Notes under the pieces: generated by a model
Databases searched by the model: none
What the model saw: only the letters and a program-made list of their open reading frames with translations
Told to the model about the DNA's origin: nothing
Position numbers and translations under genes: made by a program
Source: Puniceicoccales bacterium
GTDB lineage: Bacteria; Verrucomicrobiota; Verrucomicrobiia; Opitutales; JAIRLM01
NCBI GenBank assembly: GCA_031268795.1
Contig: JAIRWT010000010.1
Span: 7,197 to 39,196 of the forward strand
Reading direction: 5' to 3'
Length of the DNA stretch: 32,000 nt
Part shown: in pieces, positions 1 through 9,938 of the stretch
How the letters are laid out: the number at the start of each line of letters is the position of its first letter
How positions within the stretch are numbered: position 1 is the first letter of the stretch

Positions 1-55
1 AAATTCCATTTCAATGGGATTGCCTTAATGATATTTTCGTCCATTCATTCCACGT

Positions 56-1207
56 GTGAGATCCGCAATTCCATTAATTCCATTGCCGCAAGGCGACGTC
101 GACTTATTGGTAATGGCGGCAGAGTGTTCTGGGGATGAGCTTGGGGCACTACTCATTGAAGATCTCTTAAAAATATTTCCCGAAAAGAAAATTTACGCCA
201 TCGGCGGATCCAACATGGCCGGGGCTACGCCGCATTTTCTCCTTGATGTTACTGAACATGCAACCATGGGACTCTGGGAAGTATTACATAATTGGCGTTT
301 TTTTTATAAATACTATCGGGCCATCGTCCAATGGATAGGAAATCATCCTCCAAAGCAAATTTGCTTTATCGACTCGCCAGCACTCCATCTGCGCGTCGCC
401 AGCGCATTACATAGGTGCAAAATTTCTAGAAAAGGTGGTGGAACGGTATCTCTCTATTACTACGTTGCACCACAGATTTGGGCCTGGAGAGCTAAACGCC
501 GTTTTGCCATGGCAAAAGACTTGGATGCATTGGCAGTTTTGTTCCCATTCGAAAGTAAAGCATTTTCTGATACGACGTTGCCGGTAACATTCACGGGACA
601 TCCATTTTTAGGGCAAGGTCATAAAAGTCCCATTTACTATGGGAACAATCAGACTATTCTCCTCCTTCCCGGCAGCCGGCGGCAAAATATTCAATGTATT
701 TTCCCGACAATGTTGGAAACGTTCACCGAAATGCAAAAATTTGGCGACTGGTCCGCCGCTTGTCTCTATCCAACGGAAGCCATGGGTAAACTTTTGGAGA
801 CGGAATTGCGAAAATTTCCGAATATTTCATCCAAGGTTCGACTGGTATCCATGGAAGAGGCGCGCAAAAATCCAATTGGTGGGCGATTAGTTTTAGTGAG
901 TTCCGGCACCATGTCCTTCCAGTGTGCCTTGGAAGGCGTTCCCGGCATAGTAATCTACAAAACTAGCCCTTTGACTTATTGGATTGGAAAGAAACTGATT
1001 AAAATACCTTTTCTGGCATTGGCAAATATAATCCTTGGCTATGAATGCTACCGGGAATACATCCAGGACGCGGCAGAGGCCACTATTATTGCGAATCAAC
1101 TACTTACGCTTATCGACGCACGGTCCGAGTTCAAGGCCGTATCCAACGAATTGCGGCGATGCCTGCAGACCAAGGAATGTGACGTTGCTAAATGGCTTTC
1201 CGTATGA
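56..1207 (+). CDS. lpxB: Lipid-A-disaccharide synthase (GT19)
   Basis: 383-aa ORF with a GTG start at 56. It carries the N-terminal AAECSGDELG block (LpxB AGExSGD motif), IGGSNM, and the YYVAPQIWAWRAKR block typical of LpxB. Confidence 0.85.
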   Translation: MRSAIPLIPLPQGDVDLLVMAAECSGDELGALLIEDLLKIFPEKKIYAIGGSNMAGATPHFLLDVTEHATMGLWEVLHNWRFFYKYYRAIVQWIGNHPPKQICFIDSPALHLRVASALHRCKISRKGGGTVSLYYYVAPQIWAWRAKRRFAMAKDLDALAVLFPFESKAFSDTTLPVTFTGHPFLGQGHKSPIYYGNNQTILLLPGSRRQNIQCIFPTMLETFTEMQKFGDWSAACLYPTEAMGKLLETELRKFPNISSKVRLVSMEEARKNPIGGRLVLVSSGTMSFQCALEGVPGIVIYKTSPLTYWIGKKLIKIPFLALANIILGYECYREYIQDAAEATIIANQLLTLIDARSEFKAVSNELRRCLQTKECDVAKWLSV

Positions 1208-1255
1208 TGTTTTTCCTCTTGCATCTCAAATTTACCATTCCATAATGAACCCATT

Positions 1256-1900
1256 ATGGGCGAGAATCGCAGGGAAAATGAGGCTGTTCCGGCGGAGGCT
1301 AATCCATCAGGCGCAGCGGAGGATGGCGGAGCCAGAAAGAAAGTACGGCGGCAGCTTTACGTATTTGGCGGTGTGATTGTAGTATTCGTTGTCGTTGTTT
1401 TGTGGGGGGCGTCTTTAATTAAAAATGGATGGAAGCGCCGTGAAGATCAGCGTTTTTTACACGACGTTGCACTAATTCAAGAGGCTTTCACGCAACTGGC
1501 AGAAAGTGATACGGAGCATGGGCTGGCGCCCGTTGAGTCAGGACATAACGAGGCGATATCGCTTGAAATTTCAAAAACGCCAATTAACGGAAATTGGCAG
1601 ATTCAACAAACGCAACGGGAGGCCGGAAAGGTTGTAACGGAAATCGTGATAACAAACCCAAATCGCTCCATGCGGGAAATGGAAAAAATAGATGCGCAAA
1701 TTGATGACGGAGATTTATCCACGGGAAATTTTGTCCTCAAAGGTAAAGATACCTATGGCATTGGAGTTATGGAAAGTCACAAATTCGTTGACGCTGCCCC
1801 TGAAGATGTGGACGCCCGCAAAGAAAAAATAGTTCTCAATAACAAGGACTTGGACAAAAATTACCTTAAGCGAAGTGAAACCACCCGTGATGCAAAATAG
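1256..1900 (+). CDS. Hypothetical single-pass membrane protein
   Basis: 214-aa ORF with an ATG start. It has a charged N-terminus, one TM helix (LYVFGGVIVVFVVVVLWGASLI) and a hydrophilic tail of about 150 aa. I recognise no family. Confidence 0.5.
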   Translation: MGENRRENEAVPAEANPSGAAEDGGARKKVRRQLYVFGGVIVVFVVVVLWGASLIKNGWKRREDQRFLHDVALIQEAFTQLAESDTEHGLAPVESGHNEAISLEISKTPINGNWQIQQTQREAGKVVTEIVITNPNRSMREMEKIDAQIDDGDLSTGNFVLKGKDTYGIGVMESHKFVDAAPEDVDARKEKIVLNNKDLDKNYLKRSETTRDAK

Positions 1901-1939
1901 GTATTACCATTCTTTTAGGAAAATGATGTTGTTTAGTGT

Positions 1940-2755
1940 TCAAACGGCGACTTTTGCGCGAATGGCCGGATATGGGTCATAGTCGCTGAACTTAAAATCG
2001 TCATCCGCGAACGTATCAATGGTTTGATTGCGGTTGGTAATGTCTAAACGTGGAAGATGTCGCGGCGTTCGCATCAGCTGCTCCCGAACCTGATCCATGT
2101 GATTCATGTAAATATGATGGTCGCCAAGCACGTGGATAAACTCTCGCGGATACAATCCACAGACATGTGCGATCATGTGCGTCAACAACGCGTAGCTAGC
2201 GATATTGAATGGTACGCCCAAAAACAGATCGCCACTTCGCTGATAAAGCTGGCAGCGTAATTCGCGCGCGGCGGAAACATGAAATTGAAAAAGTAAGTGG
2301 CACGGTGGAAGCGCCATGGACGGGATGTCGCCCACATTCCACGCGGAAATCACATGTCTGCGGCTTTGAGGATTTTTGTTAATATTTTGAACTAATTCGG
2401 CAATTTGATCAATGATTCGCCCGTCGGCACAACTCCATGAACGCCATTGCTTCCCGTACACTGGGCCTAATTCACCATTGGAATCCGCCCACTCATTCCA
2501 AATGCGCACTCCGTGCTCTTGCAAATACTTTACATTTGTTGAACCACTAAGAAACCAAAGCAATTCATGAATCACGGATTTCAAATGCACCTTTTTTGTT
2601 GTCAAAAGCGGAAATCCGACACGCAGATCGAAGCGCATCTGAGCGCCAAATCGGCACAGGGTGCCAATTCCCGTGCGATCATGGCACGGGGCACCGTGAT
2701 CCAGAACATCTTGCAATAGATCCAGATATTGTTTCACCGGCTCAATTCCCAGCAA
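1940..2755 (-). CDS. thyA: Thymidylate synthase ThyA
   Basis: Motifs present: [34 protein letters not shown], catalytic PPCHLLFQF and [16 protein letters not shown]. The track start is TTG at 2755. A GTG at 2737 would give the canonical MKQYLDLL N-terminus and may be the true start. The gene lies 3 nt downstream of the rpsA stop, so the two are probably co-transcribed. Confidence 0.95.
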   Translation of the reverse strand: MLGIEPVKQYLDLLQDVLDHGAPCHDRTGIGTLCRFGAQMRFDLRVGFPLLTTKKVHLKSVIHELLWFLSGSTNVKYLQEHGVRIWNEWADSNGELGPVYGKQWRSWSCADGRIIDQIAELVQNINKNPQSRRHVISAWNVGDIPSMALPPCHLLFQFHVSAARELRCQLYQRSGDLFLGVPFNIASYALLTHMIAHVCGLYPREFIHVLGDHHIYMNHMDQVREQLMRTPRHLPRLDITNRNQTIDTFADDDFKFSDYDPYPAIRAKVAV

Positions 2756-2758
2756 TTT

Positions 2759-4444
2759 CTATGCGTCCATATCATCCGCGACGAAGAGATCGCCCAGGGT
2801 CCCAAACTCGCTCGAAGCGCTTCCGCTTGCGGTTGCTGCGCTAACATTTTTCCAGGCATTAATTTCCCGCTGCAGGTCCGTGGCGTCGTATTCCAACGCT
2901 TTAATGGACAGTGCAATACGCTGATTAGCGACTTCTATTCGGATAATTCGTGATGTAACTTTGTCGCCTATGTTGAATAAATCGCGGATTCGATCCACAC
3001 GATCTTCGCTAATTTGTCCGATGTGAATGAACCCATCAATTCCTACGCCGAGTTCAACAAATATACCAAAATTTGTTATTTTAACAATCTTCCCGTCAAC
3101 CTTTTCGCCAACCTTAAAGTGATCATCAATGTTAAGCCAGGGGTTATTTGCCAATTTTTTCACACTAAGGGCAATGCGATGACCATCCAAATCAACGAGA
3201 ATGACCGCCGCATCCACCTCATCACCAACCTTAAACACCTCTTCCATGCTCTTTGGCTTGCGCGTCCATGAGACATCTGAGATGTGCACCATTCCGTTGA
3301 CGCCGGGCTCAATTTCGACAAATGCCCCGTAATTCGTAAGGCTGCGAACGACGCCATGTATCGTCGAGCCAACCGGGTATTTGGTCGCAATTTGGTCCCA
3401 GGGGTTGTCTTCCAATTGTCGCAGGCCGAGGGCAATTTTTTGCTCGTCCTTTTGAATTCCAAGAACAACTGCTTCAATTTCCTGGGAAATTTTAAGAATA
3501 TCACTCGGTTTTGATATTTTTTTGGTCCAGGACATTTCAGTGACATGAATCAGGCCTTCAACGCCATTTTCCAACTCAATGAATGCCCCATACGGAACCA
3601 AATTGACCACTTTGCCATGGACGCAGGCACCGACGGGATAGCGCTGCTCGATGTTATCCCAGGGATTTGCGATGGTTTGCTTTAATCCCAGGGAAACGCG
3701 ACCTTTCTCTCGGTCAATGTCAAGGACCATGACCGTAAGCTCTTCCCCAACACGCACCACCTGATTTGGGTGAGTCACGCGACCCCAACTCATATCCGTG
3801 ACATGCAGAAGTCCATCAACCCCGTCCAAATCCACAAAGGCACCATAGTCCGTAATATTTTTTACGACGCCCTTTACGATATCGCCAATGCGGAGTCGTT
3901 CGAAAAGTTCCTGGGACTTGGTTCGCCGCTCCTCTTCCATGAGTTCCCGCCGGGAAACGACGATGTTTTTTCGCTCCCGATTAATTTTTACAATTTTGAA
4001 TTCATAGGTGCGGCCAATGAACTGCTCAACATTTTTGGTGGGCAAAATGTCTAATTGGGATGATGGCAAAAATGCATCCACGCCAATATTAACCAGAAGA
4101 CCACCACGTGTCTTTCCCCGAATTTTGCCAACGACAGCACCACCTTCTTCGGCGCTCGCCGCAATACGCTCCCAATTCTTTTGTTGCTGGGCGCGATCGT
4201 AGCATATGACAGGCATGCCATTGGAGTCTTCAAGTTTTTCCAAATAAACTTCGATTTCCTGGCCCACCTGAATTTCGTGCGGATCGCCGAATTCTGATAG
4301 GCGAATGCTGCCATCACACTTTGCTCCGATATCCACCAGCACATCACCCTGCCGAATTTCGGAAATGATGCCCTTAATAATCTGCCCCGGTTCAAGGCGC
4401 GCCATCGCGCTACCGGCCAGCAACTCTTCCATTACATTTTGCAT
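2759..4444 (-). CDS. rpsA: 30S ribosomal protein S1
   Basis: 561 aa with six tandem S1/OB repeats, for example GVVKNITDYGAFVDLDGVDGLLHVTDMSW, GKVVNLVPYGAFIELENGVEGLIHVTEMSW and GVVRSLTNYGAFVEIEPGVNGMVHISDVSW. Confidence 0.95.
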   Translation of the reverse strand: MQNVMEELLAGSAMARLEPGQIIKGIISEIRQGDVLVDIGAKCDGSIRLSEFGDPHEIQVGQEIEVYLEKLEDSNGMPVICYDRAQQQKNWERIAASAEEGGAVVGKIRGKTRGGLLVNIGVDAFLPSSQLDILPTKNVEQFIGRTYEFKIVKINRERKNIVVSRRELMEEERRTKSQELFERLRIGDIVKGVVKNITDYGAFVDLDGVDGLLHVTDMSWGRVTHPNQVVRVGEELTVMVLDIDREKGRVSLGLKQTIANPWDNIEQRYPVGACVHGKVVNLVPYGAFIELENGVEGLIHVTEMSWTKKISKPSDILKISQEIEAVVLGIQKDEQKIALGLRQLEDNPWDQIATKYPVGSTIHGVVRSLTNYGAFVEIEPGVNGMVHISDVSWTRKPKSMEEVFKVGDEVDAAVILVDLDGHRIALSVKKLANNPWLNIDDHFKVGEKVDGKIVKITNFGIFVELGVGIDGFIHIGQISEDRVDRIRDLFNIGDKVTSRIIRIEVANQRIALSIKALEYDATDLQREINAWKNVSAATASGSASSEFGTLGDLFVADDMDA

Positions 4445-4669
4445 ATCATTGCCCTGCGGTCACCCGAGGGGTTGGAGTTAATAATAAAAACTTAGGCCAT
4501 CCTCGTGGAGGCCCCCACGGCAGTACTCTTTGTGCCTGATTTTTTTCCGCAAGATCTTATTTGGAATACCAAGCAACGAATTCGTGCAATATGAAGGGAA
4601 AGTCCAAAAATAACATAATCTTTCGTTTGAGCTCGTATTTTCTATGAAGATGCGGCAAACTCGTTTGTT

Positions 4670-6886
4670 ATGCAAACGGCAACCGCGTCCCAAACTTCCC
4701 TCAGCCCGGTGTTGGATCCTTCGGATGGGAGCACCCAACTGGAAAGTCGGAATTTGCAAAAAATTAACGCCCAACAAACTAATGTTTTACCTAAAGGAAG
4801 TAAATATATTACCCCAATCGTCATAATTGGCATCGTCGCCACGATTGTACTTGTGACCGCTACTATTTTTTTCGCGCCTGGCGTACTGGCAATATTTTTG
4901 ACGTTTGCAGCGGTATTGCACGGAGGAATTTTGGGCGTTGTATTGCTGGGCGTGGCGGCGGGAACCGCATCCATTTTGGTCGGCGGACTGGTGACATTTA
5001 CCGTTGCAAAACTTATTCTATGGTTGGTATGCAAGCCAAATACGCCCGAGAATCCAACGGTGCATGTAGTCGAACAATCGGATGATCAACCGGAAACATC
5101 TGAAACTCCTCACCCGGAACAAGCAACAGTGGAGCTGCCGCAACCCGGCACGCCACCAGACGCAGACGCACCACAATCTGAAAAACCATATGCCGGTGCT
5201 GGCACTGAAATGCCAGAAACACAACAAATGTCTGTAGTACCACAACACTTAAGGGGCAGGAATATCGGCAGCGACGACATAGCAGTTTACGGACAAGCGA
5301 TGTGCGCACTGACACAAGCATTTAGCGGACAAGGAAGTATAAAACTTAAACCAGTCCCAAGCAAGCCGGAAAGAAGTCCGTCAAGCCCGCAGTCACTGGA
5401 AGAAACTCGGCAGAAGGTGGCGGACGACAGTTTTGGCGGCACTATACCGGATCAGAAAACTGAACCAGTTAAATATGCCGCATTCGCCGCGCAAGTCAAG
5501 CTTGTGACTGCCAAAGCCCGCCAAAGCAGTGGAAGCGATAGTACAGAGGTAGAGTTTGTTGCCCTGACAGAAAGAAAAAGGTCGCAAGAAATTAGTGAGG
5601 CTGCAGAAAGAGTAGCCGACACAAAAAAAATGCAGCGTCTTGCGGACGAAATAACCGCCAGGGGCACAGATGGCGATGCATTGCTTGCGCGGATAGAAGA
5701 ATTGGATCAGTTGACTGTGCTGGAAACGAAAGCCAAAGAAGCACGCACATGGGAAGAAGGTGGCCAAAAGCTAACAGCGCGAATGCAAGATTTTGGTACG
5801 GCCGATCCGGCCAGGATTGCATCACTCGTGGAAGCATCTGGGGCTACACTTCAAACTTACAATTCATCTAGTGGTACTTTAAGCGGACATGATGCGGCGA
5901 TTGCGGCCCTCTGCCGCGATATCGAATCCGTTAAGGGCGCCATTGCCTCACTACCTCATCTAATTACTAGGGCAGAAATTGCATTTACTCAAGGTGGATA
6001 TATTTCTCAAGACTATCCAGAGATTAATGGATTACTTAGTAAATTGAACAATGTGGAAGCACTTCTCGATTTCGCGCAATTTACTCCACAAATTATAGCT
6101 CGTTGCAATCTGGAGATTGAAAGATTACCTTACAAGGTATCTACAACTTTCCGAGATTTGGCTACTTGCATTACTAATGCACGCGAGAATAGTGCACGCT
6201 TCAACCAGGCGCATAATGATGCTCAGAATTTGTTTGGCATATTGCTAAAAGCTGATGATCCCAGAGCGGCAATGCTCGCGCTTCGGAAATTGTCGATTGA
6301 CGTGCAAGAGCACGAAAAACGTGCACCGCACAAAGCTCTGGGCACTTTAGAGGCGGAAATTGCGGAATTAAAAGAAGTATTAGGTGGTGACGAGGGGGCC
6401 AGCAACTTGCGAGCATTACTTACTGACCTTCATTGTCGGAGTGATGCAATAGGTCGTCAGTCGATTAGGCAATTATTGGCCGAAATTGAAAGAATGTCAA
6501 AAAGGTCAGCTTTGCCGGAACCAGTCGAAATTCTTTCACCGGTGACCATCACTGAAGAACAAAAGAAGCAAATGGCGTTGCTGGAGAGGGCGAAGCAAGT
6601 TGATCTTAACGGCATTAGCATAGATGGCCTCAATGAAGACCTTGACTCTGACGAAATTGACAACTACACAGAAATTGTTTCCTTACTACTTAACCTGGCC
6701 AAGACCGGCCAGTTGCCACTAACTAATGAAACACTCGAAAATAATAAACGTTTAGCCAATTTGTTAGCGGATACCTGCCCCGATGATGTTCCCCATGAAG
6801 TACTTCTTCCGCGATTAAATGCGGCAATTAATGGTGCAAACGAAACACTTGTGGCGAAGGCGATTTTCGATGGCCAGCCTTTTTGA
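4670..6886 (+). CDS. Orphan membrane protein with a hydrophobic hairpin block, a Pro/Glu-rich linker and a long helical domain (Inc-like architecture)
   Basis: 738-aa uninterrupted ORF with an ATG start. Residues 1-46 are hydrophilic. Residues 47-121 are continuous Gly/Ala/Ile/Val-rich hydrophobic sequence (PIVIIGIVATIVLVTATIFFAPGVLAIFLTFAAVLHGGILGVVLLGVAAGTASILVGGLVTFTVAKLILWLV). Residues 123-186 form a P/E/T/Q-rich low-complexity linker. The remaining roughly 550 aa are Ala/Glu/Leu-rich and predicted helical. I recognise no family. Confidence 0.6.
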   Translation: MQTATASQTSLSPVLDPSDGSTQLESRNLQKINAQQTNVLPKGSKYITPIVIIGIVATIVLVTATIFFAPGVLAIFLTFAAVLHGGILGVVLLGVAAGTASILVGGLVTFTVAKLILWLVCKPNTPENPTVHVVEQSDDQPETSETPHPEQATVELPQPGTPPDADAPQSEKPYAGAGTEMPETQQMSVVPQHLRGRNIGSDDIAVYGQAMCALTQAFSGQGSIKLKPVPSKPERSPSSPQSLEETRQKVADDSFGGTIPDQKTEPVKYAAFAAQVKLVTAKARQSSGSDSTEVEFVALTERKRSQEISEAAERVADTKKMQRLADEITARGTDGDALLARIEELDQLTVLETKAKEARTWEEGGQKLTARMQDFGTADPARIASLVEASGATLQTYNSSSGTLSGHDAAIAALCRDIESVKGAIASLPHLITRAEIAFTQGGYISQDYPEINGLLSKLNNVEALLDFAQFTPQIIARCNLEIERLPYKVSTTFRDLATCITNARENSARFNQAHNDAQNLFGILLKADDPRAAMLALRKLSIDVQEHEKRAPHKALGTLEAEIAELKEVLGGDEGASNLRALLTDLHCRSDAIGRQSIRQLLAEIERMSKRSALPEPVEILSPVTITEEQKKQMALLERAKQVDLNGISIDGLNEDLDSDEIDNYTEIVSLLLNLAKTGQLPLTNETLENNKRLANLLADTCPDDVPHEVLLPRLNAAINGANETLVAKAIFDGQPF

Positions 6887-6946
6887 GTAAAAATCTTATT
6901 TCCCGAAGTTAATGCGCGACCGGCGTGCCAGTGCCTAACAAAAAAT

Positions 6947-6975
6947 TTGTCAAACACCTCCCATGCGGGTAATAA
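6947..6975 (+). promoter_or_regulatory. Candidate sigma70-like promoter (TTGTCA-17 nt-TAATAA) immediately upstream of the HIT gene
   Basis: TTGTCA lies at 6947-6952 and TAATAA at 6970-6975, with a 17-nt spacer. The -10 element ends 6 nt before the ATG at 6982, which would imply a leaderless or near-leaderless mRNA. This rests on the sequence pattern only. Confidence 0.25.
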
Positions 6976-6981
6976 CCTTAA

Positions 6982-7476
6982 ATGAAGAGAGGCTATCTGC
7001 ACGCTTCCTGGCGGATGGAGTACGTACGAACGCCGCTGAATCGGCGTAAATCGCCGTTTATTGGAATTTTAAATTCTCCAAATCGGCGAGCAAATCTCCT
7101 GCTCTACCGAGATGATTACAGTTTCATCCTTATGAATCGTTACCCATACAATGCCGGACATTTGCTAGTCTTGCCGGTTCGTGAGGTTACCGATTTTGAT
7201 GAGTTGACAGAGATGGAGCGGCAGGTACTATTCTCATCCGTACTGCGTGCGCAGAGAATTCTAAAACAAGCCATGCAACCGGAAGGATTTAACATCGGAT
7301 TCAATGTGGGAGCGGCGGCCGGCGCTGGGATTGCTTCCCACTTACACGCCCACGTGGTTCCGCGGTGGAATGGGGACACAAATTTCATGCCCGTGATAGG
7401 GGAAACCAAAGTACTCCCACAGGCATTGGAAACGCTTTACGATCAGCTCCTGCCGTTTGCGGAGGCGGAAAAATAG
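6982..7476 (+). CDS. HIT-family nucleotide hydrolase/transferase (Ap4A-phosphorylase-like branch)
   Basis: The N-terminus has ASWRMEYV, followed by NRYPYNAGHLLVLP and the histidine triad in GAGIASHLHAHVVPRWNGDTNFMP. Confidence 0.85.
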   Translation: MKRGYLHASWRMEYVRTPLNRRKSPFIGILNSPNRRANLLLYRDDYSFILMNRYPYNAGHLLVLPVREVTDFDELTEMERQVLFSSVLRAQRILKQAMQPEGFNIGFNVGAAAGAGIASHLHAHVVPRWNGDTNFMPVIGETKVLPQALETLYDQLLPFAEAEK

Positions 7477-7483
7477 TCATCCC

Positions 7484-9871
7484 ATGAAGCGATTTTTGCA
7501 TTGGTTTTCGTCCCGTCACCGGCGGAAACAACCAAAGATCCCAAATTTGCCCTGGTGGAGCTGGCTCCGTTCCCTGCTGCGGGGCAATTTTTACATAGGC
7601 CGAATGATTTGGATGATGTTCCCGCTTTCATTGGCAATTACCGCAATCTGTTTCTCCGGATCATCCTCCATTCGCTTGCACATTACGCCAGGACAAATGG
7701 CCACACAGACCATTCGCGCGGAGGTCTCATTTCAGTACGAAAGTGAAATTCAAACGCAGCGTCTGCGGGACCGCAAAAAGCAACGCATCGCACCTACTTA
7801 TAAGGTGGATACGAATATCTTTACCCTTTTCAGGGAAAGAGTGATGCTTCTGGCCGAAGAACTGGAGGCATTAGATCAAAAACTCCAAGAACACACATTG
7901 GATTCTGCGGCCAGGATGACAGCCATAGAAACATTCACAAATAACATTAATCAACGCCATGACTTTACCATCGACGCAAAGGACATTTCCATTCTATTGA
8001 CGCACGCAGATGTCAAATTGCGTGCTTTTTTTTGGGAAGAAGGCTTGGGAATCTTGGATGAAATTATGGCCACTGGCGTAACAAATTCCGCATTTCAAAA
8101 CCAATCCGCGAACAACATAAACTACTTCATAAACGTTGACATGATGGCTGGCGGGAAGGATCAGAAACTACGTACGCAGGAGGAGGCATTATTTCATTTG
8201 CGCGTTCATTTGGGGGCATTAGAAAAGCAACGGCAGGCCATAAACGCCCTGTTCCATATTCTCAGCCATGGAGTTCAACCTAATTTAACCTATGACAGGG
8301 AGAAAACCGAGGAAAAAAAATCCATCGTGGGAGCCATGGTGAAACCGGTGTTTGTGTCCGTTGACGTAGACGACGTAATCATCGTGGGAAATTCACGGGT
8401 AACACCGTTGGAGTATGAGAAATTACAGGCATATCGCAGCGAACTGAGTAAACAAAGTCGACGCCTCTGGTGCATTGATCACGATGTCTGGAATGATTTT
8501 GCTCTAACGTTTGCCATTTTGGCTTGCGCAATACTAACATTTCGCAGCTGCCCACAAGTGCGCTCTTCCGCCCCGTCCATCGAATTATCCATGCGAAGTT
8601 TATTTTTTCTCATTACATTTGGCCTGCTAAACCTCATTTGCCTGCGCATTTTTTCCAATCTTTGGAATATGCATCTGTTATTACGCGTGCCATATTTTTT
8701 CCGCATCGTTCCGTTCCTGGCACCCGTATTTTTCGGCCCAATTCTCGTGACCCTTCTCCTTGGATCATACGTGGCCATGTTTTACAGTTTTCTGCTGGAT
8801 ATCTTTTTCACCATGATGCTCGGCAAGAATTGGGATTTCTTTGCCATTTTTCTAGCGTCCATGCTATTGACCGTAGCCCTGTCGCGCAAGGTTACGTATC
8901 GCACGCAGGTTTTACGTGTGGCCACAACTGGCGGTTTTTGCCTTGGTCTTGGCGCGATGTGGCTCACATCCTTTGCAAATTTTGAAATTTTTGTAGCTCT
9001 GTGGCAATTTCTTGGAGCCACGGCCGGTGGCATTATCAATGGCCTACTCGCCATTCTGCTGCTTAATCCGTGCGAGCGCCTTTCATTGATGGCCAGCGAT
9101 ATCAAATTGCAGGAACTTTCCGATTTTAATCACAAACTTTTACGCCAGTTGCAGGTATGCGCCCCCGGAACATATCACCATAGTCTGGTGGTAGCCACCA
9201 TCGCCGAACAAGCCGCCAATGAGGTTGGGGCTAATGCGTTACTGTGTCGTGTGGCGGCACTTTTCCATGATGTTGGAAAGATTACCAAGCCTGAGTATTT
9301 CATTGAAAATCAAACCGGAGATAATCCACACACGGAAAAATCACCGCGCATTAGCGTGCTAATCATTAAAAATCATGTGCGCGAAGGCGCCGAAGTGGCG
9401 GCCAACGCTGGAATTCCCAAGCAGGTCATTCGCATTATCTGCCAGCATCATGGAACAACACTGATTCAGTATTTTTATAATAAGGCGTGCCAAATGCACG
9501 AATTAAACGAATCGGTTGCGGATGATTCAATTGAGTCTGGCAATCGACCCGTGGAGGAATCACTTTACCGCTACGATGGTCCTAAGCCGCAATCCCTGGA
9601 AGCGGCGGTGCTTATGCTTGCGGACTCCAGTGAGGCCGCCAGTAGAATTCTTCGCAAAGTCACGCCGCAAAGTATCGAAGCCCTGGTATGTGGCATTTTT
9701 AGGGCAAAAATTGATGATGGCCAGCTGGATGACTGCTCAATCAACCACCAGCAGGTGCGAAGCATTCGGCAAATTATTATTACTACGCTGACAAACATTT
9801 TACACTCACGCATCAGTTATTCCTTCCGCGCGGATGAGCAAAATGAACCGGTTAAAGTTTCGAAACGGTGA
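7484..9871 (+). CDS. 7TM-receptor/HD-domain (HDIG) membrane phosphohydrolase, PgpH/YqfF-like
   Basis: The protein has an N-terminal signal-anchor, a large extracytoplasmic domain and a multi-TM block (about aa 340-540). The C-terminal HD domain carries HHSLVVATIAEQAA, AALFHDVGK and ICQHHG. I chose the ATG at 7484 because the track TTG at 7457 overlaps the HIT stop at 7476. Confidence 0.85.
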   Translation: MKRFLHWFSSRHRRKQPKIPNLPWWSWLRSLLRGNFYIGRMIWMMFPLSLAITAICFSGSSSIRLHITPGQMATQTIRAEVSFQYESEIQTQRLRDRKKQRIAPTYKVDTNIFTLFRERVMLLAEELEALDQKLQEHTLDSAARMTAIETFTNNINQRHDFTIDAKDISILLTHADVKLRAFFWEEGLGILDEIMATGVTNSAFQNQSANNINYFINVDMMAGGKDQKLRTQEEALFHLRVHLGALEKQRQAINALFHILSHGVQPNLTYDREKTEEKKSIVGAMVKPVFVSVDVDDVIIVGNSRVTPLEYEKLQAYRSELSKQSRRLWCIDHDVWNDFALTFAILACAILTFRSCPQVRSSAPSIELSMRSLFFLITFGLLNLICLRIFSNLWNMHLLLRVPYFFRIVPFLAPVFFGPILVTLLLGSYVAMFYSFLLDIFFTMMLGKNWDFFAIFLASMLLTVALSRKVTYRTQVLRVATTGGFCLGLGAMWLTSFANFEIFVALWQFLGATAGGIINGLLAILLLNPCERLSLMASDIKLQELSDFNHKLLRQLQVCAPGTYHHSLVVATIAEQAANEVGANALLCRVAALFHDVGKITKPEYFIENQTGDNPHTEKSPRISVLIIKNHVREGAEVAANAGIPKQVIRIICQHHGTTLIQYFYNKACQMHELNESVADDSIESGNRPVEESLYRYDGPKPQSLEAAVLMLADSSEAASRILRKVTPQSIEALVCGIFRAKIDDGQLDDCSINHQQVRSIRQIIITTLTNILHSRISYSFRADEQNEPVKVSKR

Positions 9872-9938
9872 ATCACACGTAAAGGCAAATTAAATAAACT
9901 TGCCAAAGTCATAATATTATGTTCAAGAAACATAACAT

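Noticed and set aside
2057-4395. Many 60-130-aa ORFs lie antisense to or out of frame within thyA and rpsA. Similar ORFs occur inside mreB, rodA, rng, the OppA-like gene and the large orphan genes.
   Set aside because: All are nested inside longer ORFs with strong family signatures or much greater length, and their composition is typical of off-frame translation.
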